Of a DNA stretch of 64,000 nt, positions 1 to 10,995 are shown in pieces. This DNA is from a virus. Its lineage: Duplodnaviria > Caudoviricetes. The stretch spans positions 384,001 to 448,000 of the IMG/VR virus record IMGVR_UViG_3300014205_000170. One strand, 5' to 3'. The position numbers were made by a program, and so were the translations under genes. Positions within the stretch are counted from its first letter, which is position 1. Each line of letters begins with the position of its first letter. Under the pieces are notes generated by a model, which did not search any database, was not told where the DNA came from, and worked only from the letters and a program-made list of their open reading frames with translations.

Positions 1-1
1 C

Positions 2-1300
2 AAACAAAATGATGGTACACCATTAAATTTAGAAGCTAAACAAAAAATTGATTTTGACGCATTTGAAATTGATTTTGGTTCACCAACTAATCCGGTTGTT
101 AAAAATTTAGATGTTTCTACTGATGAATCACGTCCCACTGCAGAAAGTATTTTAAATTTACAAAGATTGGTTGATAAAGATAATTCTAATAAAGCAGTAA
201 CTACTGATTGTAGTATTTTATCAGTTATGGAAGGAAGAAGCTACAAAATGAAAGTGGAGCTTTTAGGAAATGCACAAATTTCCCCTATGCAATATTTCTA
301 CGTAGCTAGAATGCCTATATTTTCTGGTTTATATCAAGTTATGAATGTTACACATTCTATTAAACCAAATGATATGTCTACAACAGTAGAAGGCATTAAA
401 ATGAGATTTGACGGCTCATCAATGAAAGGAATTGGTCCAATTACTCTAGAGTCTTTAAAAGCTTTAGGAACAACTTCAAATACTGTACAACCAGGAGTTG
501 GAGTTACGTCTCCAAATATTGTTTTACCTACAAATATATTTGGTGCACAACCTGCAAATAATTTACCAGCATCATCAAATGATGAATTGGATTTAATACC
601 TGGAACTTATAGAAATAACAATAAAGTTCCTATTTCATTAGCCAGAATTAACAACAGTGCTGTTGAAATCAATACAGCAGTTGCTTATTTAGAAATGAAA
701 AAAGCTTTTGATGCTGACAATAAAGGAACAAACTTAGTATTAACATTAGCTAGTGGATACCGCCCTCCTTATGATACTATTGATACAGTATCTTCTAAAG
801 GATTTAGAGTACGCGCAAGCAGTCAATATAGCTTACGAGCACAATTTTTAAGAGAGGGGTTAAATGTTGGTACAGCAGAAGCTCCAGAAGTAATAATTCA
901 AACAGGTGCAAATAAAGGCACACAAGTAGGAGTGGATAGTCCTTTGTTGGTTCCTCAACTTACATATTTTACTACATTAGTAGCACCACCAGCCACTTCA
1001 AGTCATGGTAATGGAATTGCTTTAGATATACAAACCGGTACACGTATAAAAGATGCACATCATATTCATGATTTAAATGAAGAAGTATATTCTTGGTTAG
1101 TAAAAAATAGCTGGAAATACGGCTTTGTACGAACTGTGGCTAAAGAAGTATGGCATTATGAATACAATATAGCATGGGCAAAACTAGGACCATATGGAGG
1201 CTTTATTGGGAACAATTTAGCGAATGTAAGTACTCCTGCTGCTAGAGATAAAGCATTGTTTTATGAAGATTTAGGCTTAAACAATTTAGTGATTTCATAA
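2..1300 (+). CDS. C-terminal part of baseplate hub/tail-associated protein with M15B (VanY-like) peptidase domain; 5' end lies outside the window
   Basis: Frame is open from position 2. Hub-like segment (LGNAQISPMQYF..P.FSGLYQV..VTHSI) is followed by SGYR...SSHGNGIALD...EVWHYEY, the SxHxxGxAxD / ExWH zinc motifs of M15 peptidases. Confidence 0.7.
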   Translation, partial: KQNDGTPLNLEAKQKIDFDAFEIDFGSPTNPVVKNLDVSTDESRPTAESILNLQRLVDKDNSNKAVTTDCSILSVMEGRSYKMKVELLGNAQISPMQYFYVARMPIFSGLYQVMNVTHSIKPNDMSTTVEGIKMRFDGSSMKGIGPITLESLKALGTTSNTVQPGVGVTSPNIVLPTNIFGAQPANNLPASSNDELDLIPGTYRNNNKVPISLARINNSAVEINTAVAYLEMKKAFDADNKGTNLVLTLASGYRPPYDTIDTVSSKGFRVRASSQYSLRAQFLREGLNVGTAEAPEVIIQTGANKGTQVGVDSPLLVPQLTYFTTLVAPPATSSHGNGIALDIQTGTRIKDAHHIHDLNEEVYSWLVKNSWKYGFVRTVAKEVWHYEYNIAWAKLGPYGGFIGNNLANVSTPAARDKALFYEDLGLNNLVIS

Positions 1301-1322
1301 TTTTTTTATTTATATTTGCTTT

Positions 1323-2972
1323 GTGTTAAACAAAGAAATTAAAATTTGCAAAATTCTTACATTCTCAGAAGAGGATTTTTTAACATTCAATTTAGAATTT
1401 AACTCATCTGGAGTTGAAGTTATTTTATCTGATACAAAAGATAAAATAGAATTTAATTATCCCACGATTATAGTTGGATGGGAAAATGTAAAAAAAATAC
1501 TCCCAAAACAAAGAATATCACAAAAGAAAATTGATACTAACGTATATTGGGTTTACAATAGTAAAGAAGATAAAAAAACTTCTCTAAAAGAAACCGCATC
1601 TCTCGTTAAATCTTTCTTGTTACGTTGGTTACCAGATATGTATGTTTCATATGATTACGTTTTAGATGGAAGTCTATCAGATTTCTTTAAAAAACATTTG
1701 ACAAAACCTTATGATTTATATATATATTTTTCAGGTAAAGCTTTATTTGTTTATAATCCAGTTGATGCAAAAAAACTTATTGGAATAAATCTTGAAAGTC
1801 TAAAATATGCTGGATTAGACATAAAAAAATCCATAAAAACTATTATAGAAAAATACAATCCAATATGTTTGAGTTATTCAAATATAAACTTATATATATC
1901 TGAAAATCATAATTTAATTTTCAATACTATTGAAAATATTTTCTGGTCAAAACATAATGAAGAAATATCAGAAAAAAACTTTTATGATTTTATTATGGAT
2001 GTTGATGGGGATAGATTTATTCCGTTTTTAATGTTTGAATTAAAGAAAAATCAAATCATATCAGAGAATGAAAAAAAATATATTGATAGATTAATAAGAA
2101 AAGATGTTATTACTCAATGGTTATCTAAATGTGAATTGTTTTTGGATAAAAAATATTTTACAGATAAGACCAACCTAAAAGAACATATCAAATTAAGTTA
2201 TTCAAACAAAAGGACTATTACTGGCAGAATAAATTGTGTAAACAATGAATTTAATCCACAAAAATTACAAAAAGAAGGTGATGAAAGAAAAATCATTATT
2301 TCTAAATTTAAACAAGGGAAAATTGTAACTTTTGACTACAATTCTTTTGAAAGTAAAATAGCTCTTTTTTTATCTCAAGATAAAGATTTTATCGCAAAAT
2401 ACAGAGATAAAGATTTGCATTTTGAAACTGCTAGAATAGTTTTTGAAAAAAATGAAATCAATTCTAAACAGAGGTCAATTGGTAAGTCATTAAATCATGC
2501 CTTAATATATGGTGGTGGTAATGAAGTTTTAAAAAGAATAGTTTCAGACCTAACAGATTCAGAAAAGATTATTGTTAAGGTAAAAGAATTTTTAAAACCA
2601 ATTTTAGATAAGTCAGATGAATTTAAATTGCCTTTTGAAGAATTGGGTTATATGATAAACAGTTTTGGAACTATTGTGAGACCAAGAAAAAAATGGGCAC
2701 ATTTTAGTAATTTCGTTTCCACATTGGCAGCAGATATTTTAGTAGAAAAACTTTATCAAATAAAAGATTTGCTTGAAAATAAAGAATCTAATTTTTTATT
2801 TCAAGTACATGATTCTTTTGTGTTTGATATTCATCCAGACGAAATGAATTTATTAAATGATATAACAACTCTTTTATCACATATGGGAGATTTAAATTTC
2901 CAAGTTGACTATTCTATTGGAAATAATTTTTATGAGTGTACTTGGGCAGAAGAGGAAAATGTAATTTCTTAA
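1323..2972 (+). CDS. Family A DNA polymerase-like protein (polymerase domain)
   Basis: TITGRI; motif A DYNSFE; motif B RSIGKSLNHALIYG; motif C QVHDSFVFD. Confidence 0.8.
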   Translation: MLNKEIKICKILTFSEEDFLTFNLEFNSSGVEVILSDTKDKIEFNYPTIIVGWENVKKILPKQRISQKKIDTNVYWVYNSKEDKKTSLKETASLVKSFLLRWLPDMYVSYDYVLDGSLSDFFKKHLTKPYDLYIYFSGKALFVYNPVDAKKLIGINLESLKYAGLDIKKSIKTIIEKYNPICLSYSNINLYISENHNLIFNTIENIFWSKHNEEISEKNFYDFIMDVDGDRFIPFLMFELKKNQIISENEKKYIDRLIRKDVITQWLSKCELFLDKKYFTDKTNLKEHIKLSYSNKRTITGRINCVNNEFNPQKLQKEGDERKIIISKFKQGKIVTFDYNSFESKIALFLSQDKDFIAKYRDKDLHFETARIVFEKNEINSKQRSIGKSLNHALIYGGGNEVLKRIVSDLTDSEKIIVKVKEFLKPILDKSDEFKLPFEELGYMINSFGTIVRPRKKWAHFSNFVSTLAADILVEKLYQIKDLLENKESNFLFQVHDSFVFDIHPDEMNLLNDITTLLSHMGDLNFQVDYSIGNNFYECTWAEEENVIS

Positions 2973-2973
2973 A

Positions 2974-3450
2974 TTATTGTAATATAATATTGGGTTTTAT
3001 TGTAATGGTTTCATTAACCATTTTTTTATTACCATTTCTCCAGATAGTTGAGTCAATCAAGGCACATTCTTTTAATAACCAAGATTTTATCACTTTTCCA
3101 TCATCGTCTAATTTCATTAAATGAAAATTCTTTAAATTGCTAAAATGGCTACTTGAAAACAGTTGTTGGTACACCCAATCAATAATTGGTTCATTGGAAA
3201 CTTGAGAAATTTTATAATCTATCTTTTCAACCATCACATTTCTGTTTAACACAATACTTTCATTGTTATTATCTGAATTAAACATGAGTTGAATCATGTT
3301 GGTTTCATAATCAATATGTACGTTAGTTGTTAAAAATTTATATTGAGGCTTCTTTCTTACGTATTCTGGCTCTGAAGATAATAAGGTAATTTCCCAAAAA
3401 AATTGACGATAAATATCATTTAATTGAAGAAGGTAAGTCATGCCGGTCAA
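2974..3450 (-). CDS. Divergent tail-tube (gp19-like) paralog/hypothetical
   Basis: C-terminal LMKLDDDGKVIKSWLLKEC...ETITIK resembles the LDxxGxxxxxWxLxg pattern of T4 gp19-type tubes; carries RNVMVEK motif. Confidence 0.4.
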   Translation of the reverse strand: MTGMTYLLQLNDIYRQFFWEITLLSSEPEYVRKKPQYKFLTTNVHIDYETNMIQLMFNSDNNNESIVLNRNVMVEKIDYKISQVSNEPIIDWVYQQLFSSSHFSNLKNFHLMKLDDDGKVIKSWLLKECALIDSTIWRNGNKKMVNETITIKPNIILQ

Positions 3451-3603
3451 ATCCTGTTACTTATAAATAAAGCCATATTTTATATTTACTGTCATTTAGG
3501 ATAATATTATTCAAAAAACTTGCTTTTTAGGTCTTTACTCTTTTTATTTGTTGAAAATGGCCAATATCATATTGGTTTTATAATTAAATGAAGAAAAAAT
3601 ACA

Positions 3604-3945
3604 ATGGGAAAAATTGAAATGATTATTAAGAAGAAATTCGGTAAAAACAGCTACACATTTGTAGTATCTGGACCTTCTTTTCATGAAACAGTGTTAGAAT
3701 CATCAAAATTATCTTTTGGTGACCTTGATAGCTGTGGTGTTTGTCAGAACGATGACTTGCACTTACAGGCGCACACAACGAAGGAAGACGGTTATGAATA
3801 TGCATACGTAAGATGCAGAAAATGTCGTGCAACACTTAATTTCGGTAAACAAAAGAAAGATACTGATGTTGTTTATTTTACCACTAAAGAAGAGAATAGT
3901 AAAAAAGTTCTTGATTGGAAAAAATTTGATAAAGTAGACGAATAA
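3604..3945 (+). CDS. Small zinc-ribbon protein
   Basis: CGVC...CRKC; directly upstream of the recombinase. Confidence 0.6.
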   Translation: MGKIEMIIKKKFGKNSYTFVVSGPSFHETVLESSKLSFGDLDSCGVCQNDDLHLQAHTTKEDGYEYAYVRCRKCRATLNFGKQKKDTDVVYFTTKEENSKKVLDWKKFDKVDE

Positions 3946-3970
3946 TTATTAATATAAAAAGGAGCAAAAA

Positions 3971-5086
3971 ATGGCAAAGAAAAAAAATGATGAAGAAACT
4001 ACGCAGTTAAGTCAAACTGAGCTTGAGGCAAAATTTTCAGGAGAAAATATTGAATCAAGTGAAAAAGAAAATCCAAAAAAGATTAAGATAAAATCCAAAA
4101 GTAATTTTTCTTTAAACGACTATAAAAAAAGAGTTCAAAGCAACACTGTATCTTTTAAACCACAATCTTGGATTAAAATGAGTGAAGCATTTCAGGAATT
4201 AACCGGATTGCCAGGTATTCCAGAAGGACACGTTGTTATGACTACTGGCAAATCAGATACTGGTAAAACCACCTTACTTATAGAAGCAGCTCTATATGCA
4301 CAAAAGCAAGGAATATTGCCAGTGTTTATAATAACAGAAAAAAAATGGAGTTGGGATAGAATTGTTGAAGCTGGATTTGATAAGGAAAATTGTTTGTATA
4401 GAGATGATATTGATACGATTGAAGAAGGGTGTGATTTCATGCAAACAGTTATCAGAGACCAAGAAGAAGGTAGGTTACCACAAGACCTTATATTTTTATG
4501 GGATTCTATTGGTGCCACACCTAGTAAGGCAGAGTTTAGAGCATCAGAAGCTGACTTGGAAGCTATGATGAAAGCAGTAGAAGATGGTAAAGAAATAAAA
4601 GAAGCTAAAGGTGGCGGGATGATGGTTACGGCCAGAGTTTTACGCGAAAGAATTACTCGTAATTTAAGTCATAAAATTTCTGCAACCAGAAAAGAATCTT
4701 CTCCTTATAATTCTACTTTTGTAATTGTAAATCATGCGTATCAATCGCCTCCAGCATTTCCAGGTGGTGTAACAACACTAGTTCCTTATGGAGGTGATGC
4801 AATCTATTTGGCAGCAACCTTAGTGTTTAGAATGGGTGGAGTAACATCTAATTCTTCTAAAGTGAAAGCAGTGAAAGCTGGACAAGAGATTTCATTTGCA
4901 ATAAAATCATCATTTACTATTTTAAAGAACCATATTTCAGATGCTTCTTCCGATGGAAAAGTTATTTGTACACCTCATGGTTTCATTAAAGATGATAAAA
5001 AAGCCATTGATCAATATAAAGAAAAATATAAATCTGGTTGGATGTTAGAATATGACAAACACTGGAATAATGTTTCATTAGATTAA
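3971..5086 (+). CDS. recA: RecA/UvsX-like recombinase
   Basis: GIPEGHV..TGKSDTGKTT Walker A; FLWDSIG Walker B; YGGDA motif. Confidence 0.85.
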   Translation: MAKKKNDEETTQLSQTELEAKFSGENIESSEKENPKKIKIKSKSNFSLNDYKKRVQSNTVSFKPQSWIKMSEAFQELTGLPGIPEGHVVMTTGKSDTGKTTLLIEAALYAQKQGILPVFIITEKKWSWDRIVEAGFDKENCLYRDDIDTIEEGCDFMQTVIRDQEEGRLPQDLIFLWDSIGATPSKAEFRASEADLEAMMKAVEDGKEIKEAKGGGMMVTARVLRERITRNLSHKISATRKESSPYNSTFVIVNHAYQSPPAFPGGVTTLVPYGGDAIYLAATLVFRMGGVTSNSSKVKAVKAGQEISFAIKSSFTILKNHISDASSDGKVICTPHGFIKDDKKAIDQYKEKYKSGWMLEYDKHWNNVSLD

Positions 5087-5109
5087 TTAATTTTATAAAA
5101 TTCTGGATA

Positions 5110-5559
5110 TTGATAAAATATCCAGAATTTCTTTATTTAAAATACATGGATAACAATAAGTTTAATTTGGAAACAAATGTTTATTTCGCATTAGGCCAAG
5201 CTTCTATGTGTTGGTCAGAAATTCCAAATGGAATTTTTCAATCAGAACGATGCAATAAAGTAGCAGAGGAACTTGTTGAAAGTATTGAAAATGATGTTGC
5301 ATCTGCAACGAAAATTTTAATGAAAAATTTACACCGTGACCCAAGTTTATATTGTGGTTATCAAGCTAATATCGCTGTTCAATTTCAAGATGAATGTCGC
5401 AGACAAAACATGGGTATTGAAAATAATTTATTACATCAAATTTCTAATAATGCAGCTAGAAATTTTTTAGATTTACTTATAAATTTATGCGAAACCAAAA
5501 ATGAAAATGCTCAAAGTAGAGAAATTTTATTTGAAAAAATGATTATAACAAGACTATGA
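5110..5559 (+). CDS. Hypothetical protein (start probably ATG 5146)
   Basis: ORF in replication operon; ends with REILFEK motif. Confidence 0.55.
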   Translation: MIKYPEFLYLKYMDNNKFNLETNVYFALGQASMCWSEIPNGIFQSERCNKVAEELVESIENDVASATKILMKNLHRDPSLYCGYQANIAVQFQDECRRQNMGIENNLLHQISNNAARNFLDLLINLCETKNENAQSREILFEKMIITRL

Positions 5560-6584
5560 AAACTTTAATAGTTGATGGTGACTGGAATCTAAAAAGAAAT
5601 TTTATGAAACGTGAACAAATGTTTGCTAAAGGCGAACATTGTGGTGGTTCATTTGGTTTTCTAGAAAGTTTGCGTTCTGTTATAAATAAGGTAATGCCGG
5701 ATAGAACTATTGTCATGTGGGATGGACCAATGGGTGGAAAAATGAGATATGAAATTTACTCTCATTACAAAGAGAATAGAGATAAAAGCTGGGATGAAGA
5801 TTCTTATTTTTTATCAGAGTCTGAATTAGACCATGAATCAAAAAAGAAATATAGTAGATTATTACAAAAAATAAAAGTAAAAAATTATCTTGAAGAATTA
5901 CATATTCGACAAGTCGAGGTTGATACAATTGAAGCTGATGACTTAATAGCTCAATATGTTTTGAAAAAAAAAGCAGATGAAACCATAATAATTTTTAGTT
6001 CTGATAAAGACTATTATCAATTAATTTCAGAATCTGTTTCTGTTTTAAGACCTTCGGATGATTTATTAATAAATTATTCAAATTTTAAAACAACATTTGG
6101 ATATATTCCTGAAAATGCTTTAATTTTAAGATGTTTTGAAGGGGATGATTCAGATAATATTCCTGGCGTTGATGGTGTCGCTATGAAGTCAATCATAAAA
6201 TATTTTCCAAGATTTTGCGATGAAGTTTATGATGTAGATAGATTTATTAAGGAAGGCGTAGAATTGTATCAAAATAAAAAAATAAAAATTTTCGAAAAAA
6301 TCATTGGTTGTCGAAGAATTGTGGAAAGAAATTATATTTTAATGGATTTGCACAATCCTTTTCTTAATGATAAAGCAATAGAAGAGATACAAGAAATAGG
6401 CGAATGTATCATTGTAGAAGATAATAATTTTACACAAAGAAGTATAACCACTGCAATGAAAATGATGATTAAAGATGGATACGATAAGCTTGTTTGGCAA
6501 GAAAATATGGAATTCTTTTTCAGACCATTTTATAGACTAGTTGCAAAAGAAACAGAATATTCTAAAAAAATGTTAGGAAGTTAA
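5556..6584 (+). CDS. 5'-3' exonuclease/flap endonuclease (T4 RNase H / PolI N-terminal type)
   Basis: LIVDG, WDG, YKENR, EADDLIA, SSDKDYYQL, GDDSDNIPGVDG. Confidence 0.9.
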   Translation: MKTLIVDGDWNLKRNFMKREQMFAKGEHCGGSFGFLESLRSVINKVMPDRTIVMWDGPMGGKMRYEIYSHYKENRDKSWDEDSYFLSESELDHESKKKYSRLLQKIKVKNYLEELHIRQVEVDTIEADDLIAQYVLKKKADETIIIFSSDKDYYQLISESVSVLRPSDDLLINYSNFKTTFGYIPENALILRCFEGDDSDNIPGVDGVAMKSIIKYFPRFCDEVYDVDRFIKEGVELYQNKKIKIFEKIIGCRRIVERNYILMDLHNPFLNDKAIEEIQEIGECIIVEDNNFTQRSITTAMKMMIKDGYDKLVWQENMEFFFRPFYRLVAKETEYSKKMLGS

Positions 6585-6596
6585 AAAAAAGATGTC

Positions 6597-6884
6597 ATGG
6601 ATAAAAAAGACAAAGAATTAATTGAAAAACTAAAAGATGCTGGTAAAATTGCTAATTTCTTTTCCTTAAAATTAGAATATAACGGAAAAGTTTTAGTGGC
6701 AAAAAAAGATTTCCCAGCTGATAAATATTCCCCAGAATCTATTGAAAAAAGTAGTTTACATTTTTTAATGGTTGATTGTGTAAGAAAAATTCAAGAAGAA
6801 TTAAGAAAGAATGAAAAAGAAGTGGTAGACAAACTTAAGCAAGAGCAGATTGATAAAATGTGGAATGAAAATAAAAAAGAATAA
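6597..6884 (+). CDS. Hypothetical protein
   Basis: ORF in operon context. Confidence 0.55.
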   Translation: MDKKDKELIEKLKDAGKIANFFSLKLEYNGKVLVAKKDFPADKYSPESIEKSSLHFLMVDCVRKIQEELRKNEKEVVDKLKQEQIDKMWNENKKE

Positions 6885-7113
6885 TCTTTAAACTTCTAAG
6901 TGATTTTTGATAATCACACCTATCCACATGTGAGCAAATTTAGTTATCGAAAATATATTAAAATATATTTTTATTTCATATAAAACTAGATATATTTGTA
7001 CACTAAGATAAACTATCTTGTATAAAATTTATGATTGAGCAAACACATAAATTTTATTGATTGAAACGCCGGGAAAATATGATATTCTATTTATATCATA
7101 AGAAATATTAAAT

Positions 7114-8493
7114 ATGGAAAACGCAGATATTAAAAGTGCAATAAAAAATATAAATCAACCGTTAACTCTGTTGGATTTAAATTTTCAGAAGAAACTTATT
7201 AAAGTTATTATTGAGGATAAACAAGGAGAATTTTCTTCTCAAATCATAGATGTTTTAAAACCAGAGTATTTTGATGGCGTTCACACCAAAACACTTATTC
7301 GACATATTATGGATTATGTAAACAAGTATAACATAATACCAGAATATCAAACACTAAGAGATATAATTAACGAAAAAGAAGCAGAAGGTATTTTAAAAGA
7401 TAATTTACTTGATTTAGTTGGTCTTATAGAAGAACAAAGAATTACTGATAAATTAAACGTAAAAGATATTTCTCTTAATTTTTGTCGTAAACAATCTTTA
7501 AAAAAAGGCTTAATTGATGCTGTTGATAATTGGGAAAAAGGAGATTATGAAAATATATCTCAAATTATTTCAGAAGCGTTAAAAGTAGGAGAACCAAAAA
7601 GCAGTGGACATAATTATATTGATGATGTTGATAAAAGAATGTTGAAAAAACACAGAATTCCGGTACCAGCCATGAAAGGAGTGGATTCAAAAATTGGAGG
7701 TGGTCTTGCCGGTGGTGAACTTGGTATTATTTTATCTCCAACAGGAGGAGGTAAATCAATGATGTTAGTAAAGTTTGCTTGTACAGCGTTAGAAGCTGGT
7801 AAGAATGTTGTTTACTACACATTGGAGTTACAAGAAAGTGTTATTGGCAATAGAATAGATTCTTGTTTAAATGGTATACCTATTAAAGATGTTTTTGAAT
7901 ATACTGATATTATAAAAGAAAAAGTAGCAGAGATAAAAACTAGAGGCGGTAATTTAATTATCAAAGAATTTCCAACAGGTGGAGCTTCTGTAAATACAAT
8001 CAAATCACATTTAAAAGTTTTAGAAAGAAGCGGAATAATTCCAGATATTATCTTTATTGATTATGCTGATATTATGAAAGCAATTTCAAGTTTTTCTGAA
8101 AAGAGATTTGCTTTAACTTCTATTTATGAAGGATTACGTGGAATGGCTATGGAAATGAATATTCCTATTTGGACAGCTAGTCAAGCTGGAAGAGCTGCTA
8201 TTAATAAAGATAGATTTAGTTTAGACACCATTTCAGAAAGTTTAGGAAAAGCACAAACAGCAGATATTATTCTTGGTATTGCAAGACCAGATGAAGAGAA
8301 AGAAAAGAAAAAAGCAACAATGATTGTTTTAAAAAACAGAAATGGCGAAGATGGTTATTCTCTACCATTACATTTTGATACATCGAAAATCGATATAACT
8401 TTAGATGAATCAAATGATATGAAAATAGGTGTAAAAGGTATGAATATTGAAGCGCAACATAGAGCCAATCTTAATGCTGCACAAAATCTATAA
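7114..8493 (+). CDS. dnaB: Replicative DnaB/gp41-like helicase
   Basis: SPTGGGKS Walker A; YTLEL; IIKEFPT; IFIDYAD; IWTASQ; KNRNG. Confidence 0.9.
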   Translation: MENADIKSAIKNINQPLTLLDLNFQKKLIKVIIEDKQGEFSSQIIDVLKPEYFDGVHTKTLIRHIMDYVNKYNIIPEYQTLRDIINEKEAEGILKDNLLDLVGLIEEQRITDKLNVKDISLNFCRKQSLKKGLIDAVDNWEKGDYENISQIISEALKVGEPKSSGHNYIDDVDKRMLKKHRIPVPAMKGVDSKIGGGLAGGELGIILSPTGGGKSMMLVKFACTALEAGKNVVYYTLELQESVIGNRIDSCLNGIPIKDVFEYTDIIKEKVAEIKTRGGNLIIKEFPTGGASVNTIKSHLKVLERSGIIPDIIFIDYADIMKAISSFSEKRFALTSIYEGLRGMAMEMNIPIWTASQAGRAAINKDRFSLDTISESLGKAQTADIILGIARPDEEKEKKKATMIVLKNRNGEDGYSLPLHFDTSKIDITLDESNDMKIGVKGMNIEAQHRANLNAAQNL

Positions 8494-8617
8494 CTTAAGT
8501 TAAGGTTTTAAAAAAAATGTCTTATTAAATTATAGTTTTTTCTTGAAACCGTCCCCTTTTCTCCTCCCTCTAAAAAAAATATGTATTATTTAAAATGACA
8601 ATTAAGATAAAATTACT

Positions 8618-10960
8618 ATGAGCAAATCAATTAAAATCATCAAAAGAAACGGAACAAAAGAAGAACTAAATTATGATAAAATCAACAATGTATTGTTGTG
8701 GGCAACAGAGAACGTAAAAGGAGTAAGCGCATCAGATGTTGCAATGAATGCTAGATTGCAATTTACAGATGGGATTTCCACAGAAGATATACACAAAGTA
8801 TTAATTCAATCTGCTTGTAATTTAATTACAGAAGAAAATTCAAACTATCAATATGTTGCATCTAATCTTGCAAATTATTTATTAAGAAAACAAGTGTTTG
8901 GAGTACAAGATAATCTTCCTTCTGTATTTGATGTAATAAAGAAAAATATCAAATTAGGAATATATGATAAAATTATTTTAGAAAAATATTCAGAAGAAGA
9001 ATTAAATAAAATAAATAAATACATTAAACATCAACGTGATTTTAATTTTGCTTACGCAGGTATTCAACAAGTAATTGATAAGTATTTATTAAAAGATAGG
9101 TCAACAGGTAAATCATTTGAGACACCTCAATTTATGTATATGATGATTGCATTAACTATTTACATGAATTATGACCCAGAGCAAAGAATAAAATTCGTTA
9201 AAAGCTTTTATGATGATATTTCTTTGTTTAAAATAAATTTACCTACTCCTATTATGTCTGGAGTAAGAACTCCAAACAGACAATATTCTTCTTGTTGTTT
9301 AATTGATGTTGCAGATACATTACATTCTATATTTCATTCTAATTCTGCTGTAGGATATTATACAGCAAAACGTGCAGGCATTGGGTTGAACTTTGGTCGT
9401 ATTCGTTCTATTGGAGATAGAATCAGAAGTGGAGAAGTAATTCATACTGGTGTTATACCTTTCTTGAAAATGTTTGAAGCTACAACAAAAAGTTGTACTC
9501 AAAACGGAGTAAGAGGCGGTTCATCAACAACTCATTTTCCTTTTTGGCATAAAGAAATATCTGATATACTTGTTCTAAAAAACAATAAAGGTACTGATGA
9601 TAATCGTGTTCGTAAGATGGATTATTCAATTCAATTCAATAGATTGTTTTATAAAAGATTTGTTGAAGACAAAGAATTAACATTGTTCTCTCCTGGTGAT
9701 GTTCCGGATTTATATCAAGCTTTTTTTAAAACAAATGAAGAGTTTGAAGTTTTATATGAAAAATATGAAAATGATAAAAAAATAAAGACTAAGAAAATAA
9801 AAGCTAGAGATTTAATGAACTCTTTTGTTCAAGAAAGAATAGGTACTGGACGTATGTATGTTATGAATGTTGACCATGTTAACTCTCATAGTTCTTTTTT
9901 AGAATCAATTTACATGTCGAATTTGTGTCAAGAAATTACATTGCCAACTTATCCTATTAATCATATTGATGATACAGATGATAGTGAATCAGAAATTGCA
10001 TTATGTGTTTTATCTGCAATTAATTTAGGTGAATTTAAAGAATTTTCAGAATTAGAAAGTATTTGTGAGAACATTGTACGCTCTCTTGATTTTATTATTG
10101 AAAATCAGGATTATCCAGTAAGAGCTGCTTTAAAAATGTTGAAGCGTCGTTCTATTGGAGTTGGAATAACAAATCTTGCATATTTCTTTGCTAAGAATGA
10201 TGTGAAGTTTGATGATGAGAAAGCTTTATACTTATTGGATGAAGTAATGGAACATATTCAATATTATTTAATTAAAGCATCTGTAAAATTAGCCAAAGAA
10301 TTTGGACCATGTGAGTATTTTAATCGTACAAAATATAGTCAAGGCATTTTACCAATAGATACATACGCAAAAGCAGTTGATACAATTGTTAAAAGAAAAT
10401 ATACGCTTGACTGGGATGCGCTCCGTAAAGACGTAGTAGAATTTGGAATGAGAAACTCCACACTTACAGCTGTAATGCCGGCAGAAAGCTCTGCTGTTGT
10501 AACTAATGCTACAAATGGAATAGAACCACCTCGCGCTTTAGTATCTATTAAAAAATCGAAACAAGGTTTGTTAAAACAAGTGGTTCCGGAAATTGCTCGT
10601 TTAAAAAACAAATATACTTTAGCATATGATTTGCAGTCAAATAAAGGAATTACAAATGTTCAGGCTGTTATGCAAAAATGGGTTGACCAATCTTTAAGTT
10701 CAAATCATTATTACGATATCACAAAATATAAGGACCAAGAAATCCCAACTTCAATTTTAGCTCAAGATTTATTGTATGCTTACAAGATGGGTATCAAGAC
10801 GTTATACTATGCGAATACTAATGATAACAAAACTGACGATTATTCCCAACAAATCAAACATTCAATGGATGAAGGGGTAAAAAACTCTAAAGCGGAAGAA
10901 AAAGAAAGAATAGCCATACTTGAAGATAGCGGATGTGAATCTGGTGCTTGTTCAATCTAA
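8618..10960 (+). CDS. nrdA: Class Ia ribonucleotide reductase alpha subunit with ATP cone
   Basis: IIKRNG ATP cone; PTPIM; SSCCL; SNLCQEI; TLYY; C-terminal CESGACSI. Confidence 0.97.
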   Translation: MSKSIKIIKRNGTKEELNYDKINNVLLWATENVKGVSASDVAMNARLQFTDGISTEDIHKVLIQSACNLITEENSNYQYVASNLANYLLRKQVFGVQDNLPSVFDVIKKNIKLGIYDKIILEKYSEEELNKINKYIKHQRDFNFAYAGIQQVIDKYLLKDRSTGKSFETPQFMYMMIALTIYMNYDPEQRIKFVKSFYDDISLFKINLPTPIMSGVRTPNRQYSSCCLIDVADTLHSIFHSNSAVGYYTAKRAGIGLNFGRIRSIGDRIRSGEVIHTGVIPFLKMFEATTKSCTQNGVRGGSSTTHFPFWHKEISDILVLKNNKGTDDNRVRKMDYSIQFNRLFYKRFVEDKELTLFSPGDVPDLYQAFFKTNEEFEVLYEKYENDKKIKTKKIKARDLMNSFVQERIGTGRMYVMNVDHVNSHSSFLESIYMSNLCQEITLPTYPINHIDDTDDSESEIALCVLSAINLGEFKEFSELESICENIVRSLDFIIENQDYPVRAALKMLKRRSIGVGITNLAYFFAKNDVKFDDEKALYLLDEVMEHIQYYLIKASVKLAKEFGPCEYFNRTKYSQGILPIDTYAKAVDTIVKRKYTLDWDALRKDVVEFGMRNSTLTAVMPAESSAVVTNATNGIEPPRALVSIKKSKQGLLKQVVPEIARLKNKYTLAYDLQSNKGITNVQAVMQKWVDQSLSSNHYYDITKYKDQEIPTSILAQDLLYAYKMGIKTLYYANTNDNKTDDYSQQIKHSMDEGVKNSKAEEKERIAILEDSGCESGACSI

Positions 10961-10995
10961 AAATTATTCTTATATTTGTCTAGAATATTTTTATT

